Origin: the human T2T-CHM13v2.0 reference genome, Homo sapiens
DNA length: 64,000 bases
Direction: 5' to 3' (one strand)
Assembly (NCBI RefSeq): GCF_009914755.1
Contig: NC_060940.1
Shown here: piece after piece, positions 1 to 19,169 of the stretch
Numbering within the stretch: position 1 is the stretch's first letter
How the letters are laid out: every line of letters starts with the position of its first letter
Notes under the pieces: model-generated
Told to the model about the DNA's origin: nothing
Databases searched by the model: none
What the model saw: the letters and a program-made list of their open reading frames with translations, nothing else
Position numbers and translations under genes: made by a program

Positions 1-150
<150 letters not shown>

Positions 151-1364
151 TAAGGCAGCAGTAGCACAGTGGGGCTGGCTTTCACATCCTTTGCAGTCAA
201 CTGTTTCTCAGATCTTAAGTTGTCCTCAGGCTAGGTGTGCTGTAGGTATAATTTAAGATTTATTATGTTAAATTGAACAAGGTTCAGAGTTGTAATCCTG
301 TTTCAGAAATCCTGTTTCACTTCCCTACCAGGACTGTTTCTGCAGTGGTATAAAAATCACACGTCAAAAAATCATGGTAAATGAGCACTGTTCGAATTCC
401 CTTTTTCTTTCTCCACACTCTCTTAATACGTAAGGCCGTAGTGCCTTAGGTCATAATCTTTTTCTAATGTGGTTCAGCCATTACTCCTTAGGCTCTTTTC
501 TCTCCACATTTTAATTTTACTCCCAGGCATGTTACTACCTTCAAACCCTAGGAAAACTCGTTTCCCCTTATTTTTGTTCTGACTCTACTTGGTTAATTCC
601 CATAAGTCAGGGTCATTCTGAGCTGATAATGCCTGTGATTTATGCCTGGGTTTCTTTGCCACCTCCTCACCAATCAGAGCTGGTCACTGAGGGGTTTGTG
701 GCAGTGCCTTTGTGCCCGAAGTATTGTTCCCTTCGTTAGTAGGACCCATGCCATCATCCCTCCCTGTGGACACTCCTTCCAACTCTGAATTGGCCAGCAG
801 GGGTTGTCATGAGTGTGCAATAGAATCTCTTTATTTTAGAGACAGGGTGCTGGGCCCCTCCCTGCTGGCCTGAGAAGAGAAAGCCAAGTTGAATACACTT
901 GCTAAATTGCAGGCCTTTGCCACTCAGCCTCTGCACCTGCCAGCAGCCTTGCAGTAAGATTGCCTTTTGTCAATAAAACGATACTTCATTAGGAAGTCAG
1001 AAGATTTCCTTGTATGTTACTGAGGTAATTCAAACTTGGTACAGCAGAGAATAGGTTTTTATACCAAATACTGTATTAATTACATGAGAGCTACTGAAAT
1101 GAACACCATCAGACACATTACATTCACTAGCTTCCATTCCCTGGTTAAGAAAAATCTGGAGCTCAAAATGGATTTTTATTCTCCTAGTATAGGAATAAAG
1201 GGTTTATAAAATAATTCATCCAAGCGTTAGCTGAATTTTTGTGTTTAAGTTTTGGGTTTATCAATCTTCAGCCATAAAGAACCTACATACATAGTAGCAT
1301 TTATTTGTTACCAGTCAGCAAAATGAGTCAGAATTTCTTATACTATATAAAAACTTCCCAGGAA

Positions 1365-1508
1365 TTTTTTTTTTTTTGTAAGACAGTCTGGCTCTGTCAC
1401 CCATGCTGGAGTGCAGTGGCATAATCTGGGCTCGCTGCAACGTCTGCCTCCCAGGCTCAAGCAGTCCTCCCACCTCAGCCTCCTGAGGTGTGTGCTACCA
1501 TACCCAGC
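1365..1508 (-). mobile_element. Alu right-monomer fragment (AluJ-like)
   Basis: polyT followed by antisense Alu 3' half. Confidence 0.85.
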
Positions 1509-1806
1509 TTTTTTTTTTTTTTTTTTTTTTGAGATGGAGTTTCGCTCTTGTTGCCCAGGCTGTAATGTAATGGTGTGATCTTGGCTCTGTGCAACCTCTG
1601 CCTCCCGGGTTCAGGCGATTCTCCTGCCTCAGCCTCCTGAATAGCATGGTTGCCTATCACCATGCCTGGCTAATTTTTGTATTTTTAGTAGAGATGGAGT
1701 TTCACCATGTTGGCCAGGCTGGTCTTGAACTCCTGACCTCAGGTGATCCACTGGGCTCAGCTTCCCAAAGTGCTGGGATTACAGGCGTAAGCCACCGTGC
1801 CTGGCC
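1509..1806 (-). mobile_element. Alu (AluS-like), full length
   Basis: polyT + gagatggagtttcgctcttgttgcccagg ... cctggcc. Confidence 0.93.
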
Positions 1807-2440
1807 TAGGATTTTTTTTAATTTTTATTTTTTTTCAATGAGTGTAAGTGTATGACTGCTCATGACTACTTTTTTCTTGATCACCCTAATCCTTAACATT
1901 GGTCCTTGACTTCACCAATGGTACTGGGCTGCTTTCCTTGGTTTTAAATTGCTGGTAAGCCAGTCCATTTCTTTTAGTCTTTTCGTTTAGTTTTAAAAAT
2001 TATCTTGTTCCATTAATTTCTTTAATGGTGCTTCTTGGAGCTATTTGGGAATTTCCTGTTCATAATTGTAATCTTAAGTTTATTTTTCACTCTAGTGGCA
2101 TCACTCTCTCATGGCATCTTTTGTGAGCATTCATTGTCACCTTTGATAAAGGGGGTATTTTAGAATAATTATACTGAGTTTTAAAATATTTTTCTCTGCT
2201 GCTGATTCACTGACAGTATGCATATAATAGTTCAAGTGATGTAATGCACCAGATGGCAAAGTAGACCAGGCCCAAATAATTTTTCAATTACAGGGCTGAA
2301 ATGTTGTGAAAATATAGGATTGGTCTGTCTCTTCCCTGCCACATTCCAAGATTTGAGGCATGATATATATTTCTTAGCCCTCAAGGAATTTAGACTTCTT
2401 CAGCTTAGGCCCTTGTCAGCACATGAACTGTCTTAATTCA

Positions 2441-2855
<415 letters not shown>

Positions 2856-3067
2856 TCATTAACATTTGTTAAATTTTGTTTGTTTTTCATTATAAAAATG
2901 ATACATCCTTATTATAGAAACTTTGGAAGATGCTAAAAATAAGACGTGAAAAAGGAGGGGAGGACCCGTATACCATCTAGAGGCTCCTATTACCTTGTTG
3001 TATTTCTTTTTTCCCCCCGTTCTTGACGTGTATTTTTTTTCATAACTGCATAAAATTTCATTGAGTC

Positions 3068-3365
3068 GGCTGGGTGCAGCGTCTCACGTCTGTAATCCCA
3101 GCACTTTGAGAGGCCGAGGCGGGCAGATCACGAGGTCAAGAGATTGAGACCATCCTGGCCAACATGGTGAAACCCCTTCTCTACTAAAAATACAAAAATT
3201 AGCCAGGCATGATGGTGCACACCTGTAGTCCCAGCTACTCAGGAGGCTGAGTCAGGAGAATTGCTTGAACCCGGTGGGCAGAGGTTGCAGTGAGCCGAGG
3301 TGGCGCCTCTGTACTCCAACCTGGGGATGGAATGAGACTCCGTCTCAAAAAAAAAAAAAAAAAAA
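3068..3365 (+). mobile_element. Alu (AluSc-like)
   Basis: Full dimer with polyA; TSD aaaattt(ca/tg)ttgagtc. Confidence 0.92.
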
Positions 3366-3539
3366 TTTTGTTGAGTCTGTTTCCTGTTATTAAGATTTAG
3401 GTTGTTTTACTCTCTCTGTTGTTTTATTTAACCTGGTGTTGAACACCTGACTTTTTGAGGTAGTCTCTTGTTTTTGACAAGAACATATTATATTTAGAAA
3501 GTTATTACATTAACCACATATTTGGGTATCTGTGAATTG

Positions 3540-4950
<1,411 letters not shown>

Positions 4951-5263
4951 ACAAGAACCAACCAGAACATTAGGCTGTGAGCTGGAGCAATTATTATTCT
5001 GTATATCCACCCTTAATGTATTTGAAGTCCACAGTTGTGTTCCTCCAGGGATTCTTTTGAGTTTCCTCAGTGATGAGAAATCTACTGTGATCCACAGCCC
5101 ACTGAGTAATAATGTAGTTTGCTTCATTAAGCATGTACTATTTCCTCTTCTGCATTGAGCTTGAAGTCTAGGCCCTGCCCTTCCAAGCTACAGTGTAATG
5201 TCATGGATATGGGCATAGAGATGTGTAATAAATGTTTTCAGTCTTCCCTGTTTTTTCCTTTAA

Positions 5264-5428
<165 letters not shown>

Positions 5429-5439
5429 TGATCAGTTAC

Positions 5440-6380
5440 ACCCCCAGAGCAGTTGCCCTCAGATGGGCATTTTCAGTTAAAATGAGGGTATCTGTGGAGA
5501 CTACTGTGTGGAGATGGGACCAGAGAGGGGTGAGGACAGAAGGTAAAGACCTCTTAGGAGGCTGATAGTACAGAAGTCCAGGTGATGGTGGACTCAGCTC
5601 CGGGTGGAGAAGAGCGCATGGAGAAGATGTCATTGGGTTCTGGACATGTTTTGAAAGCTGAGCCAATAGGACTTGCTGAAGAACATGGATTTGAGTGTGA
5701 GAGGCAGAGTCAGGGATGACTTCTGAGATTTTTGGCTAAAACAGCTGGAAGAATGGAGTTGAATGTAGTTTTTAGGATGTGGTCTCTTCTCAGCTCGTGG
5801 TCCAGTTGGGGAGATTATCATACAGTAATGCAAAGCCCTAAACTGGAGCCTTATGCAAAGGGTGGCAGGATACAGAGGAGATTAGCTGCATAAAGAAGGT
5901 GAGATTCGCACTTGCTCTTAAAGAATAGGAGTTCACCAACCTGAAGTTTTGGAAAAGAGTATTCCAGGAGGAGGTAACACATGCACAAATGCATGGAGGC
6001 AGGAGAGAGTATCGGGAGGACTGGGTGCACAGTAGGGCTTGGCAAGCTTGGGGCCCACTAGTGAAGGCCTTAAGTGCCAGGCCCAGCACTTTGGACTTAA
6101 ACAGCTCAAAGGGGTTTAAGTGGGCAAGTTCAGATCTGGGTTTTAGAAAGAGTCCTGTTGAGGGAAGGGTGGAAGTGCCAAGATAGGAGGCCTGAAGTCT
6201 ACTTCTGGAGGAGTTGAAGAAAAGCAAAGACAGAAGCGTAAGCGCAGGCCGCTGTGCAGACAAATGGCAAAACCAGACTTGGGATAAATAAGCTGTAGTA
6301 TTCAGAGAGTGGGAACGGAGCTGTCTCTCAGATCCCCAGTGCCCAGCAGTACCTGACACCAAGATACTGAGTAAAATGTT
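5440..6380. mobile_element. L2 LINE fragments
   Basis: L2-like phrases (ggatgacttctgagatttttggct, agatctgggttttagaaag). Confidence 0.55.
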
Positions 6381-6825
6381 TATGACGTTTTATAAACTTG
6401 AGTGCTATAAGGATAGTCTCTTACTGGTCAGTGACATCTTTAGCCTTTGCTTTGTGGGATTGTAGGAGTGCATGTGTGTATATTATCACAAAAGAACATC
6501 ACCCAGTTACTATGGGCCCCTGGGATTCCATGGAAAAACCACAGGGTGGCTTTGGATCAAGTTGGGTACAAAGCACTTCAGAGGAAAAGCTCTGGAGCCA
6601 TATTGCCACTTAACAGCTTACTTGAACAGATGACTTAACCCCTCCATGCCTCAGTTTCCTTGTTTGTAAAACAGGAAAAGGCTGTTAATGGTTCTCACTG
6701 CAGGGAGCTGTTCTGAAGATTAAGTGACATATTATAAAGGAGAGGGGCTTAGCTCGGTTTTAGCACATATGAAAGCAGTCAGCTTTTCCTTGTTTATTTT
6801 GAGCACTTAACTGTTCCTCTTTTAG

Positions 6826-6993
<168 letters not shown>

Positions 6994-8032
6994 TGAGGTG
7001 GCACGCCCAGGGGCAGCCATGCAGAATCAAAGGGGCATCCTTCACTGTCATTATTCTCTTTTCCCTGGACGGGCCCAAAACAAGTTTCTGCTTGGGGGAA
7101 AAAGGAAGTTTTGAAAGCAAATAGAACTCTCTTGGGAATAAGGAGTGAAAACATTAAAAGAATGCCCCATTCTGACACTGATGTCTAGGCATGCATGCAT
7201 CTGTGTTTGGGAATTTTTCTGTTCCTACAAGGGAGGGCCAGGTTTAGGAGCATGATTTGACTTATTCTGTAAATCTAAGGCACATCAAGGATGCTTTATA
7301 AAATGGGACTTTTTAAAAGTTACACTTGTTAACACTTAATGCTTTTTTGGTCAACCAATATGAAAATATGTTGTCACGTACTTCGTAGCTTAAAGGCTAG
7401 AATTAGAAGTTAGTAAAATTGAAATATAATCATTGAATTGATTCATTAAGTCTTTAAGTTCTCTTGCATTAAGGAACTGCTAAGCATTAATTTTCCTTGG
7501 ATTTTGCTAATGTAATTGGACTTAAGCTCATACTCAAACTGAGGTTATATATATGTACATGTATGTAGAAGAAATGATGGCGGTTACTGTAGCTGTACTT
7601 GTGAAAAACTAGGATACTTTTCTTGGCAGCATTACTAATGTCATATCAAGAGATTGCCTCAAACCAGAAGCCCCTGTCTTGCTCATGTTAGAATTTAAAG
7701 TAGGGTTAATGTCTTAAGGTTCCCCCAGAAGGAGATTTGAGTGCAAGTTGTTTATTTAGAAGGTGATCTCACATGAATAAGGGAGTGTGGAGGCCAGGGA
7801 GGGGCTAAGACAGTTAAGGGAAGGATTCACTCCTGTCCATCACTGCTTGAGTGCTGCTGGGTTGTGCAATGGAGTTCTAATTCCCTGGCATTTCTCACCT
7901 GCCCATGAAGGCCTCAGCAAATAGAAAACCGGCAGGCCAATAGATACAGGTGCAGGTAGTTGCAAGTCAGGTTAAAGCGATGGTACCGAGGGGAGGGGAT
8001 GGGGCAGAGACAGTGTCTCTTACCCCGGATGA

Positions 8033-8389
<357 letters not shown>

Positions 8390-8593
8390 TGATGCCAATA
8401 CAGTGATCAGGACCAGTGGGTTCCTCGTCTCCTGTCCCCATTTTTTTGTTGTGTAATTCCCAGCTCATAACCATAGCCTTAAACACAGCTTCTAGCTGAC
8501 ATCATTGAGCATGGCTGCTGAACAGCTACAACTCTGTGCATGTGGCTCAGGGTGTCATTTGTACCAATGCATGTGTTTCTCTCGGGGATTTAG

Positions 8594-8851
<258 letters not shown>

Positions 8852-9513
8852 TAAAGGGCATGTGGCCTTAAGAAATACATAAAACTTATATGGTCATACA
8901 CAATAATCTGTTTTCTCTAATTCTTTGAACTGTTCTAGTAGACATATGCTCAGGGAGAGAAAAAGAAGACTTAGCTGTTGCTTCCTAGTCGATCGTACCA
9001 GTCACTAGATCTGAGCACAAAGGAGAGAGAAACAGCCTTTCTTCTTTTTTCCCGTATTTTTTAAAAACTGAGAAGAAAAGAAGATTCCAAATAGTGGTTA
9101 CCAGTTGTTGCATTCAGATTTCTGTGACTGTGAGTAAACTGAAACTCCTTTGAAATCTTCATTTCTCTCCTTGAGTGACTTAACAGGGTAAAGGAGATAA
9201 ACACTCTCTGTGGTCCATTTTAAGGTCCTTAGCTCTGTTTCTCTCCCACCTAATGCAAGCAGTTGGAGTTTTACAGCACAGTCACAGTTTCCAGTAATGT
9301 TATGAGGTCTAGAGAAGGTGGAGGAGCCAGGTCACATTTCACATGGCAGTTTACTGTATTCAGGGCCCCCTTGATCAATTCAGACTCAATCTGGTGCTTT
9401 CTTCCTGTCCAGCAAGTCCTGTGGGCTCACAGGGCTGCTGCCTGGGGGTTGGGCCACCAGTGAGCCCCTTCTTTCTAAGTTGGTTTTATCTCCTCTCCTC
9501 TCCTCTCTCCCAG

Positions 9514-9705
9514 GCGAGTCCCACTTTACGGTGAACCAGCAACCCTTCCTCTACTTCCAAGTCCTGTTCCTGACAGCGCAGTTTGAAGCAGCAGTTGCCT
9601 TTCTTTTCCGCATGGAGCGGCTGCGCTGCCATGCTGTCCATGTAGCACTGGTGCTGTTTGAGCTGAAGCTGCTTTTAAAGTCCTCTGGACAGAGTGCTCA
9701 GCTCC
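9514..9705 (+). CDS. NUP93: NUP93 exon 13 ([14 protein letters not shown]...SAQL)
   Basis: ccccag-type acceptor after CT tract, |gtgagt donor; 192 nt; ends at c.1537 by back-counting. Confidence 0.96.
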
Positions 9706-10362
9706 GTGAGTATTTGGGATTGGATTGACAGTAATGTAACCACAGCACGTCCCCCTTGGGGCGACGGTGGCCACAAAACCACAACCAATAAGGATTTGAG
9801 CAAAGGGTACCAGTCATTTTAGAGCATGTGGACAGTTGAGCTTTTTAGATGATTAGTGTTAAGGGTTCCTGCTTCCCCCCCACCCCCCAGCATTAGTATT
9901 CCCTTGAAAGTTAAGTATATAAAGTGATGTTCAAAGTACTAGCTTTGTGGCCAGTCTGATTGCCTGGAAAATGCTGAAGAAGCAGCCCCTAGAGTTATGG
10001 GTCTGATTCCCATTAGGGCTGGCTTTAATGACATTGGAAACCCCAGCCAGGCATGTGCATACCTGCCTGGGATGAGAGAGTCAGGGGAGAGAGAGGAAGT
10101 AAATGTGGATGAATGGCTGCAGGTTCCTTATTGTTGCAGCAAAGTCATCCCAGAGCACATGCCATAATCGTCAGTTGGATTATGTTTTCATTCAAAGACC
10201 AGCATATTAGTAATTTATGGCAAAGTGCTGTTTTCTCCACTCTGGGCCTGGGGATGAATTGAGGATAGGATGGTAAAAGGGACTGGCCAAAGCTTATATT
10301 AGCAAACTTTGACTGGGCTGCAGGAGTAGATGCTGCTGGGTCTGTGGATTCAGCTTCCATAG

Positions 10363-10554
<192 letters not shown>

Positions 10555-10648
10555 TAACATTTGCTTTTGACCATTTACTTCAGCTAGTTTCAATTTCTGC
10601 CATTCTGAGAATGACTATTAGAGACCTCATGTCCAGACTGGAAACTGA

Positions 10649-10846
<198 letters not shown>

Positions 10847-11032
10847 TAGGGAGTTTTTGGAGTTTCTTTGGTTTCTAACAATGAAAATATTTATTTCAGT
10901 CACACTGATTTTTAGTTTGCCTAAGACTTATCCCATTCATCCCATTTGATTCCCCTCTTTTTTCTCTGAAGACTTATGGAATATGTTTATATCTTTGTCC
11001 AATAATTTGAGTAAACTTTTTTCCTTCCACAG

Positions 11033-11077
11033 TTCGATATGATTCTTGGGAAACTAGAGAATGACGGAAGTAGAAAG
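11033..11077 (+). CDS. NUP93: NUP93 exon 16 (FDMILGKLENDGSRK)
   Basis: ccacag| and |gtgagt; 45 nt, phase 0-0. Confidence 0.95.
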
Positions 11078-12145
11078 GTGAGTTAAATGCATCCTTAGAG
11101 AAATGTTCGTTAGCCATTGGGGATTTATAAATATCAAAAAATACACTTAGATTTTAAGATTCAAGGTACTAAAGATGCAAATCTGAACAGAGTTGCTTAA
11201 TTTAAAAAATGGAATGAAAATTATGGGCCCAAATGATGACCTTGGTTTTACACACACTTATATCTCCTTAAAATATGTTAATTTGTGATTACATAGCTTT
11301 TTTATTATGTTCAGAATATTCATTTGTTCATGCCTGTCATTTTTTGAGCTGAGAATGCTATTATACATTTCTGCCATTCTTGGCTCAGAAAACATGCAAG
11401 GAAAAGAAATTGATTACTGCACCCATTCTCCCAAGATGGGAAAGTTAGACATGCACTTGACCTCCTTCAAAATGCAGTTTCCAAGGGCTTTGAACTCCAC
11501 AGTGACCCTGGAAATACTTCTGGAAGCTTGAGGGATTTCAGGACTCACTATGCCCATTGGTTGTCATGGCAGGAGGGTCAGAGATCCTGTTGTCAGAGAC
11601 CAGTCATGACCCTGAATCTCCCTGTGGCCCTTGGAAAGTCACTTGTCCCTCAGGGGCTGAGTTTTCTCGTTTGTAAAAATGAGTGATTTGGACCCAGCAA
11701 TCTGTAGATGAGCTCACACTGCTCACACCATCTACCTCAGAAGAAAGGCAAGTGACAGTGCTGATGACAGTGGCCTTGCTTATTGGGCAGTGACAATCAA
11801 CAGGCATTGTGCTGAGCGCTTTGCATAGTTTCTTCTTTAACAGGCTGCACTGGGGCCAGGAGGCTCCTACTGTATGTGAGTTGACAGAGCTAGAAACATA
11901 GATAAGACCTTATCCTCTGCTACCTCCCAAGTGGCAGGGCAAGTCACCTCAACCTGGTCCAGCCACCTTGACCTGGTCTAGCCCTGAGAGTCCAGCGCTA
12001 GTGGAGAAGCAGAATGGCCAGGCAGAGATGTTATGCACTTGCCTTCATTCTCCCAGGGTGCCTAAGGCCTCTCTCATGCTCTCCTGACCATTTAGTTGCT
12101 GTTGAGTGGTGATGGTGATTTTTTTTTAAGAAATGTCCTGTTACC

Positions 12146-12456
<311 letters not shown>

Positions 12457-12851
12457 TTACCACTTGCTGTGTGTTTTTTCAGCACTGAGTTCCTTTTGCC
12501 ATCTGTCTTAGAAAGCAAATCCAAAATTTTTCAGATATTTTTTCTAAGCCTCCTGATTTTTCTCTCTAGTTCCTACTTATCAGCAAATTTAAAATCATTG
12601 ATTTCACTGACTCTCTGGGTCATTTTGGAAAATTAGAAAGCACAGATGTCTTATTGCTGACTCCTCTGTGCTTCTAGTAAGTCTGCCCTTTCATGTGTAG
12701 TTTCCTTGGTCTCTTTTATAGTTTTAATAGGACTTTATATCTTTAAGAAAGCCAGAGTCTGGCTGATGAAATATATGCGTTGCCCAGGGCAAGCAATTCC
12801 ACTTGAAGTATTTTTTGGATCCTAATTGCTTCTCTGTGTTTAAAATAATAG

Positions 12852-13076
<225 letters not shown>

Positions 13077-13582
13077 TAAATGTGCAGCCACTTGGACAGT
13101 GTCATTGTTGTAGCACCCTCCCTGCAGAGGCATTTGCTCTAGTGCTTAGACAGTTAATGGTCCAGTCAGGACAGAATTCCCATTTTACAGCATTATTTCT
13201 GCCCATAAGATTTTTCTGACCAAACAACATATTGAAAGGATGTCCTGCAGGCATTGAACTGTTGTCTCACTTGGCAGCAGAATTAGCATCCATCACATTT
13301 CGATGGTGAAGCCACTGTTGAAAATTACATTATGCTGACCCTGGCAACCACAGACACACTGGGGAACAGTGGTGTTAGAAAATAAGACCACATCAGTGTG
13401 CAGGAAGGAGTGAAAGAAAATAAGACCTTAGCTGGGCGTTTTGAGAGGACTAGAATACATGTTTCTACCGAAGAACAAATGATGACTAAGAACATATGAT
13501 AACTGCTAAGGATTCTATGACCTAAACAAGATTACATTCTCTCCTTTATCAACTGAGAAAAGTAGACAAAAAAACAGCTATA

Positions 13583-13798
13583 GGCCAAGTGCAGGGGCTC
13601 ACGCCTGTAATCCCAGCACTTTGGGAGGCCAAGGCAGGCGCATCACTTGAGGCCAGGAGTTCGAGACTAGCCTGGCCAACATGGCAAAACCCCGTCTCTA
13701 CTAAAAATATAAAAATTAGTCAGGCATAGTGGTGCATGCCTGTAATCCCAGCTGCTCAGGAGGCTGAGGCACGAGAATTGCTTGAACTTGGGAGGCGG
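13583..13798 (+). mobile_element. Alu, 3'-truncated
   Basis: Alu sequence stops at gggaggcggt with no tail. Confidence 0.88.
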
Positions 13799-13897
13799 TA
13801 AAAAATGTCACCCCAGAAAGTTCTCTTTGGTGGGTAGGGGGCATTATATAGTTGTTCCTTTTATTGATTACTTTATTGATTGCTTCCTTAATTTTAA

Positions 13898-14029
<132 letters not shown>

Positions 14030-14865
14030 TAAGCCAGGAGCTGGCTCCATGGGACCCTGAGGGTGCCACTGCCAGTGCCAGGCCACCTATGCCCACCCAA
14101 ATGCATGTTCAGCTTTACTAGGTAACAGCAGACAGCTTTCCAAAGTGGTTCTACTAACTCACCATGCCACCAGCACTGTGTGAGTTCCTTTGTCCCCGCA
14201 TCAGAACTAGTACTTGGTACTATCAAACTTAACATTTTTGCCAAAGAAATGGGTATGAAAGGGCATCTCAGTATTTTAATCATGCACATAAAGCTTAATT
14301 TTAAGCATTATGCTCGCCTAAATACTGTTGTATACTTTCATCAGCCCTCTCAAAGGCATTCAAGACCAAAGCTAGTGATGGTTGGATGGGGGAGATTCTT
14401 AGAGGTGTCGTGGCCAGTGTTTCAGACTACCTGGATCCCCAGTGAGTTAACTGAATTATCAGACTTCTAACTAGTTTAAGTCCCAGGCTGAAGCTAACAA
14501 CATTACTTTTTGCGCTCTCTGTAGATATTCCTAGTAAAATGACCCAGAGAAAACTGGGTTTGGGGTGCCTTCCCGGGGTAACAAAAAAGAACATTCTTTG
14601 GTAAATGAGATATCTCCACCTAGCAAACAATCCCCAGTGAGGGCTGCTCGGCTTTTTGCCCATCACGACCTCCCACCTTTCATGAAGATTGGATGCTGAG
14701 ATGATGATCAAGGCTGGAGAACCATGCTTCATGTGGTGGAGTACCTGTAGGTGGATTCATACCAAATCCACTATCAGTGCTTGGCTGTTTCAAAATAAAC
14801 ACCATTTTACACTCTTTAATTAACTTCACCCAGAGAGCTCAGAAGGTTTTGATGCTTTTTATACA

Positions 14866-15164
14866 TTTTTTTTGTATGTTAAGACAGGGTCTCCCTGTAT
14901 CACCCAGGCTGGAGTGGAGTGCAGTAGTGCAGTCATAGCTCACTGTAACCTTGAACTCCTGGGCTCAAGCAATCCTCCCACCTCAGCCTCCTGAGTAACT
15001 AGGACTACAGGCATGTACCACCACACTCAGTTAATATTTTAATATTTTGTGGAGATGGGGTCTCGCTGTGTGTCCAGGCTGGTCACTGACTCCTGGCCTC
15101 AAGCAATCCTTCCGCCCCAGCCTCCCATGTAGCTGAGATTACAGGCATGAGCGACCACACCCCA
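14866..15164 (-). mobile_element. Alu (AluJ-like)
   Basis: Antisense dimer with ctcctgggctcaagcaatcctcccacc. Confidence 0.88.
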
Positions 15165-15215
15165 CTGTTTTTTTAAATGCTATTCCACTGTTACGGATTA
15201 CACAGAAATTCCTAA

Positions 15216-15392
<177 letters not shown>

Positions 15393-15764
15393 TGAAGTGC
15401 AGGTTAATGTACACCCTCGAAAATTCAAAACACTTCATGGAATTTACTTAAAACAAAGGAGCTGTTGCCAGTATGTTTGTTGTATAAAGAAAGACAAGTA
15501 CAATCCTGGGACTTAAAAGGAGTTTCCTGTGTGGCTTTTTTTTTTTTTTTTTTTTTTTTTTGCCTATTCCTTTCCCCTTTAATCTGAAAACAGAGAAGTT
15601 TCTCAAAGTAATTTGCAATCTCAGAATTTTAAAAATTGTGTCAGGAAATGATGATAAGAATTAAGTTAGCTAGTTAGAATCAAAGCCTTTGTGTGTACAA
15701 GGAGGAATGGCGTTTTCTATGAAGAAGCCCTTTGGAGTATGTGAGGTGCTGACTTTACATGTAG

Positions 15765-16001
<237 letters not shown>

Positions 16002-16257
16002 TAACAGTAACTATCCAGACTGAGTTTTCCAGAGTGGTTCCCTTTCAGATACCTTGGCCTGGCTTTTCTGTGAGTGCATACATCCCCATCAGATTATTGT
16101 CTGAATTCCTAATTGAGAAAATACAGTCACTTCAGTGATTGACATGTTCTTGGGAGAAACAGGTTTCTGGTTGATCTGCGAAGTCTGGTTTAATTCTTCT
16201 ATTATCCGCTTGTGCTAGAGGGTATTTTAGTGCTTAACTCTGATCATCTTTAAGTAG

Positions 16258-16621
<364 letters not shown>

Positions 16622-17015
16622 AATCCATTTTGTCTAAAGACGCAAGTGCAGTGACCGCGGACTAAGCTATCACCCCATAAGCCCCAGAGCCACTGTCTGT
16701 TGGGTTTCTAGCATATTGCCAGCATCTAGCCTAGGGTGCTCAGCTGGGCTGCATACTGGCATCTCTAGAAAAGTTTCTAAAAACCCTCATGCCTACACCC
16801 CAGAGATTCTGTTTTCCCTGATTGCTGCAGCCCAGACCTCCCCCAGTCATTCCAGTGTGTGGCCCAGGTAAATTCTTCTCTAGAACTATAAACACTCAAC
16901 TCAGCTGTCGACACTATAGACTCTAGAACCAGCTGCCTGGCTCTGGGATGTCACTAGTGGTCTTTCAGTTTACAATTCTTCCTCATTGAGCAGATGCCTT
17001 TTATAAAATGTCTCC

Positions 17016-17315
17016 AGCCAGGTGCGGTGGCTCACACCTATAATCCCAACATTTTGGGAGGCTGAGGCGGACTGATCACCTGAGGTCAGGAGTTCGAGAC
17101 CAGCCTGGCCAACATGGTAAAATCCCATCTCTACTAAAAAATACAAAAATTAGCCGGGCGTGGTGACGCATACCTGTAGTCCCAGCTATTCCAGAGGCTG
17201 AGGCACGAGAATCGCTTGAACCCGGGAAGCAAAGGTTGCAGTGAGCCGAGATTGCGCCACTTCACTCCAGCCTGGGCGATAGAGGGAGACTTCGTCTCAA
17301 AAAAAAAAAAAAAAA
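17016..17315 (+). mobile_element. Alu (AluS-like)
   Basis: Full dimer with polyA. Confidence 0.92.
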
Positions 17316-18006
17316 GTTTCTATTTTAGAGAAAGAAGTAAGGCCAGTTCTGCACATGAAGAGGGATGTTGACTGCTGTGGTACACACAGTTCAGAAGGTC
17401 TTGCCCCTTGCTGACCTTCCCTTTATACCTGCTGTGGCTTCTACCCTTAGCCACTTGCTCCTTTGTTATTTCTGGCCTTTCCTTGAATGCATCCTTCATT
17501 GCATCAGGGATTAAAGTGGTACACGAGGGCCTGGCCTTATAGACACTCCCAAGGACTCTGGTAGGGTCATGCAGATCTAGTGGAAACAGCCCGGTGAGTT
17601 TGAGAGAGTGAGGAGTGGTAGGGACTGTGGAGAAGTAGCGTGTGCACCTGTACCTCCTGACATTCAAGTTCAAATTATTTAATGGCAGCCACTCTGCTGG
17701 CCAGTCTAAGCCTAATGCTAACCAGATGTCAGCATGCTTTTGGCTCACTGCCCCTGACTAAGGGAAAAACAGCATAAAGGAGCAGGAACAGTAACCACCT
17801 GACCTGAGCAGCATTGCTTGGGTTTTTTTCTCACACTTGATGTTTCAGTGCCATCAGCTCCTTTTGGGTGACTGTGTGGCTCTCCACCTGGCAATGGTGA
17901 GGAGTGGTGCAACCAGGCCTGCCTGGAGCAGCCCACCCTCCCTCCATCTGTGGTTGGCCCCAAAGGCTTGGTTCTTTTTCTTTACTCTGTTTTTCTCTCT
18001 ATGTAG

Positions 18007-18216
<210 letters not shown>

Positions 18217-18827
18217 TGACCCAAAACTGCTCTTTCTCCTCAGTACCTGGCAGCTGGATAAATCTCGTGTTAGGAGGCTCCCAGAGGAAATCAAATATTA
18301 AAGGGATTGCTGCTCTTCTCAAGCTTAAAAAAATAAAAAGATGTACTAGGTCTGCAAATCTTACCTTTTAACAAATCAAACAGAATGCTAATTTCTAGTT
18401 GACTCCATAAGAACTTCCTGCACATTTTAAAAGATAAGTTTATTTTGTTAGTCCTAGCTCATTAGTGAACACTTTTATTAAAACCATACTTTATTTTTGA
18501 TCAACACATTAATGTGAACCCTTGTTTCTCCTGTCACCTGTGTTCACAGTGACCCTAGAGAGGTAACTAGGACAGCATCTTATCCCCTCTCACAGCTGAG
18601 GAAACTGAGCTGTGGAGTTGGGAAGCAACTGCCCTCAGGTGGCAGGTAGGTGAAGGGGCCATGTCTGGAGGCTGGGTCTCTCTGACACCTGTGCCCTTTC
18701 TGCTGCCTGTGGGACCTCCAGCAGTGCATGGGTCAAGTGGAGTCCAGGTAGCTAGAACCCTGGGGCTCACAGCATATGTTGTCTGATTACAAAAAAAAAG
18801 AGCAAAGGTATTTTTTGACCCAGTTAA

Positions 18828-19169
<342 letters not shown>

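Noticed and set aside
15536-15590. PolyT run with ATTAAA 16 nt before it on the - strand, a possible retrocopy tail
   Set aside because: I could find no TSD or identifiable parent sequence; BLAST would be needed.
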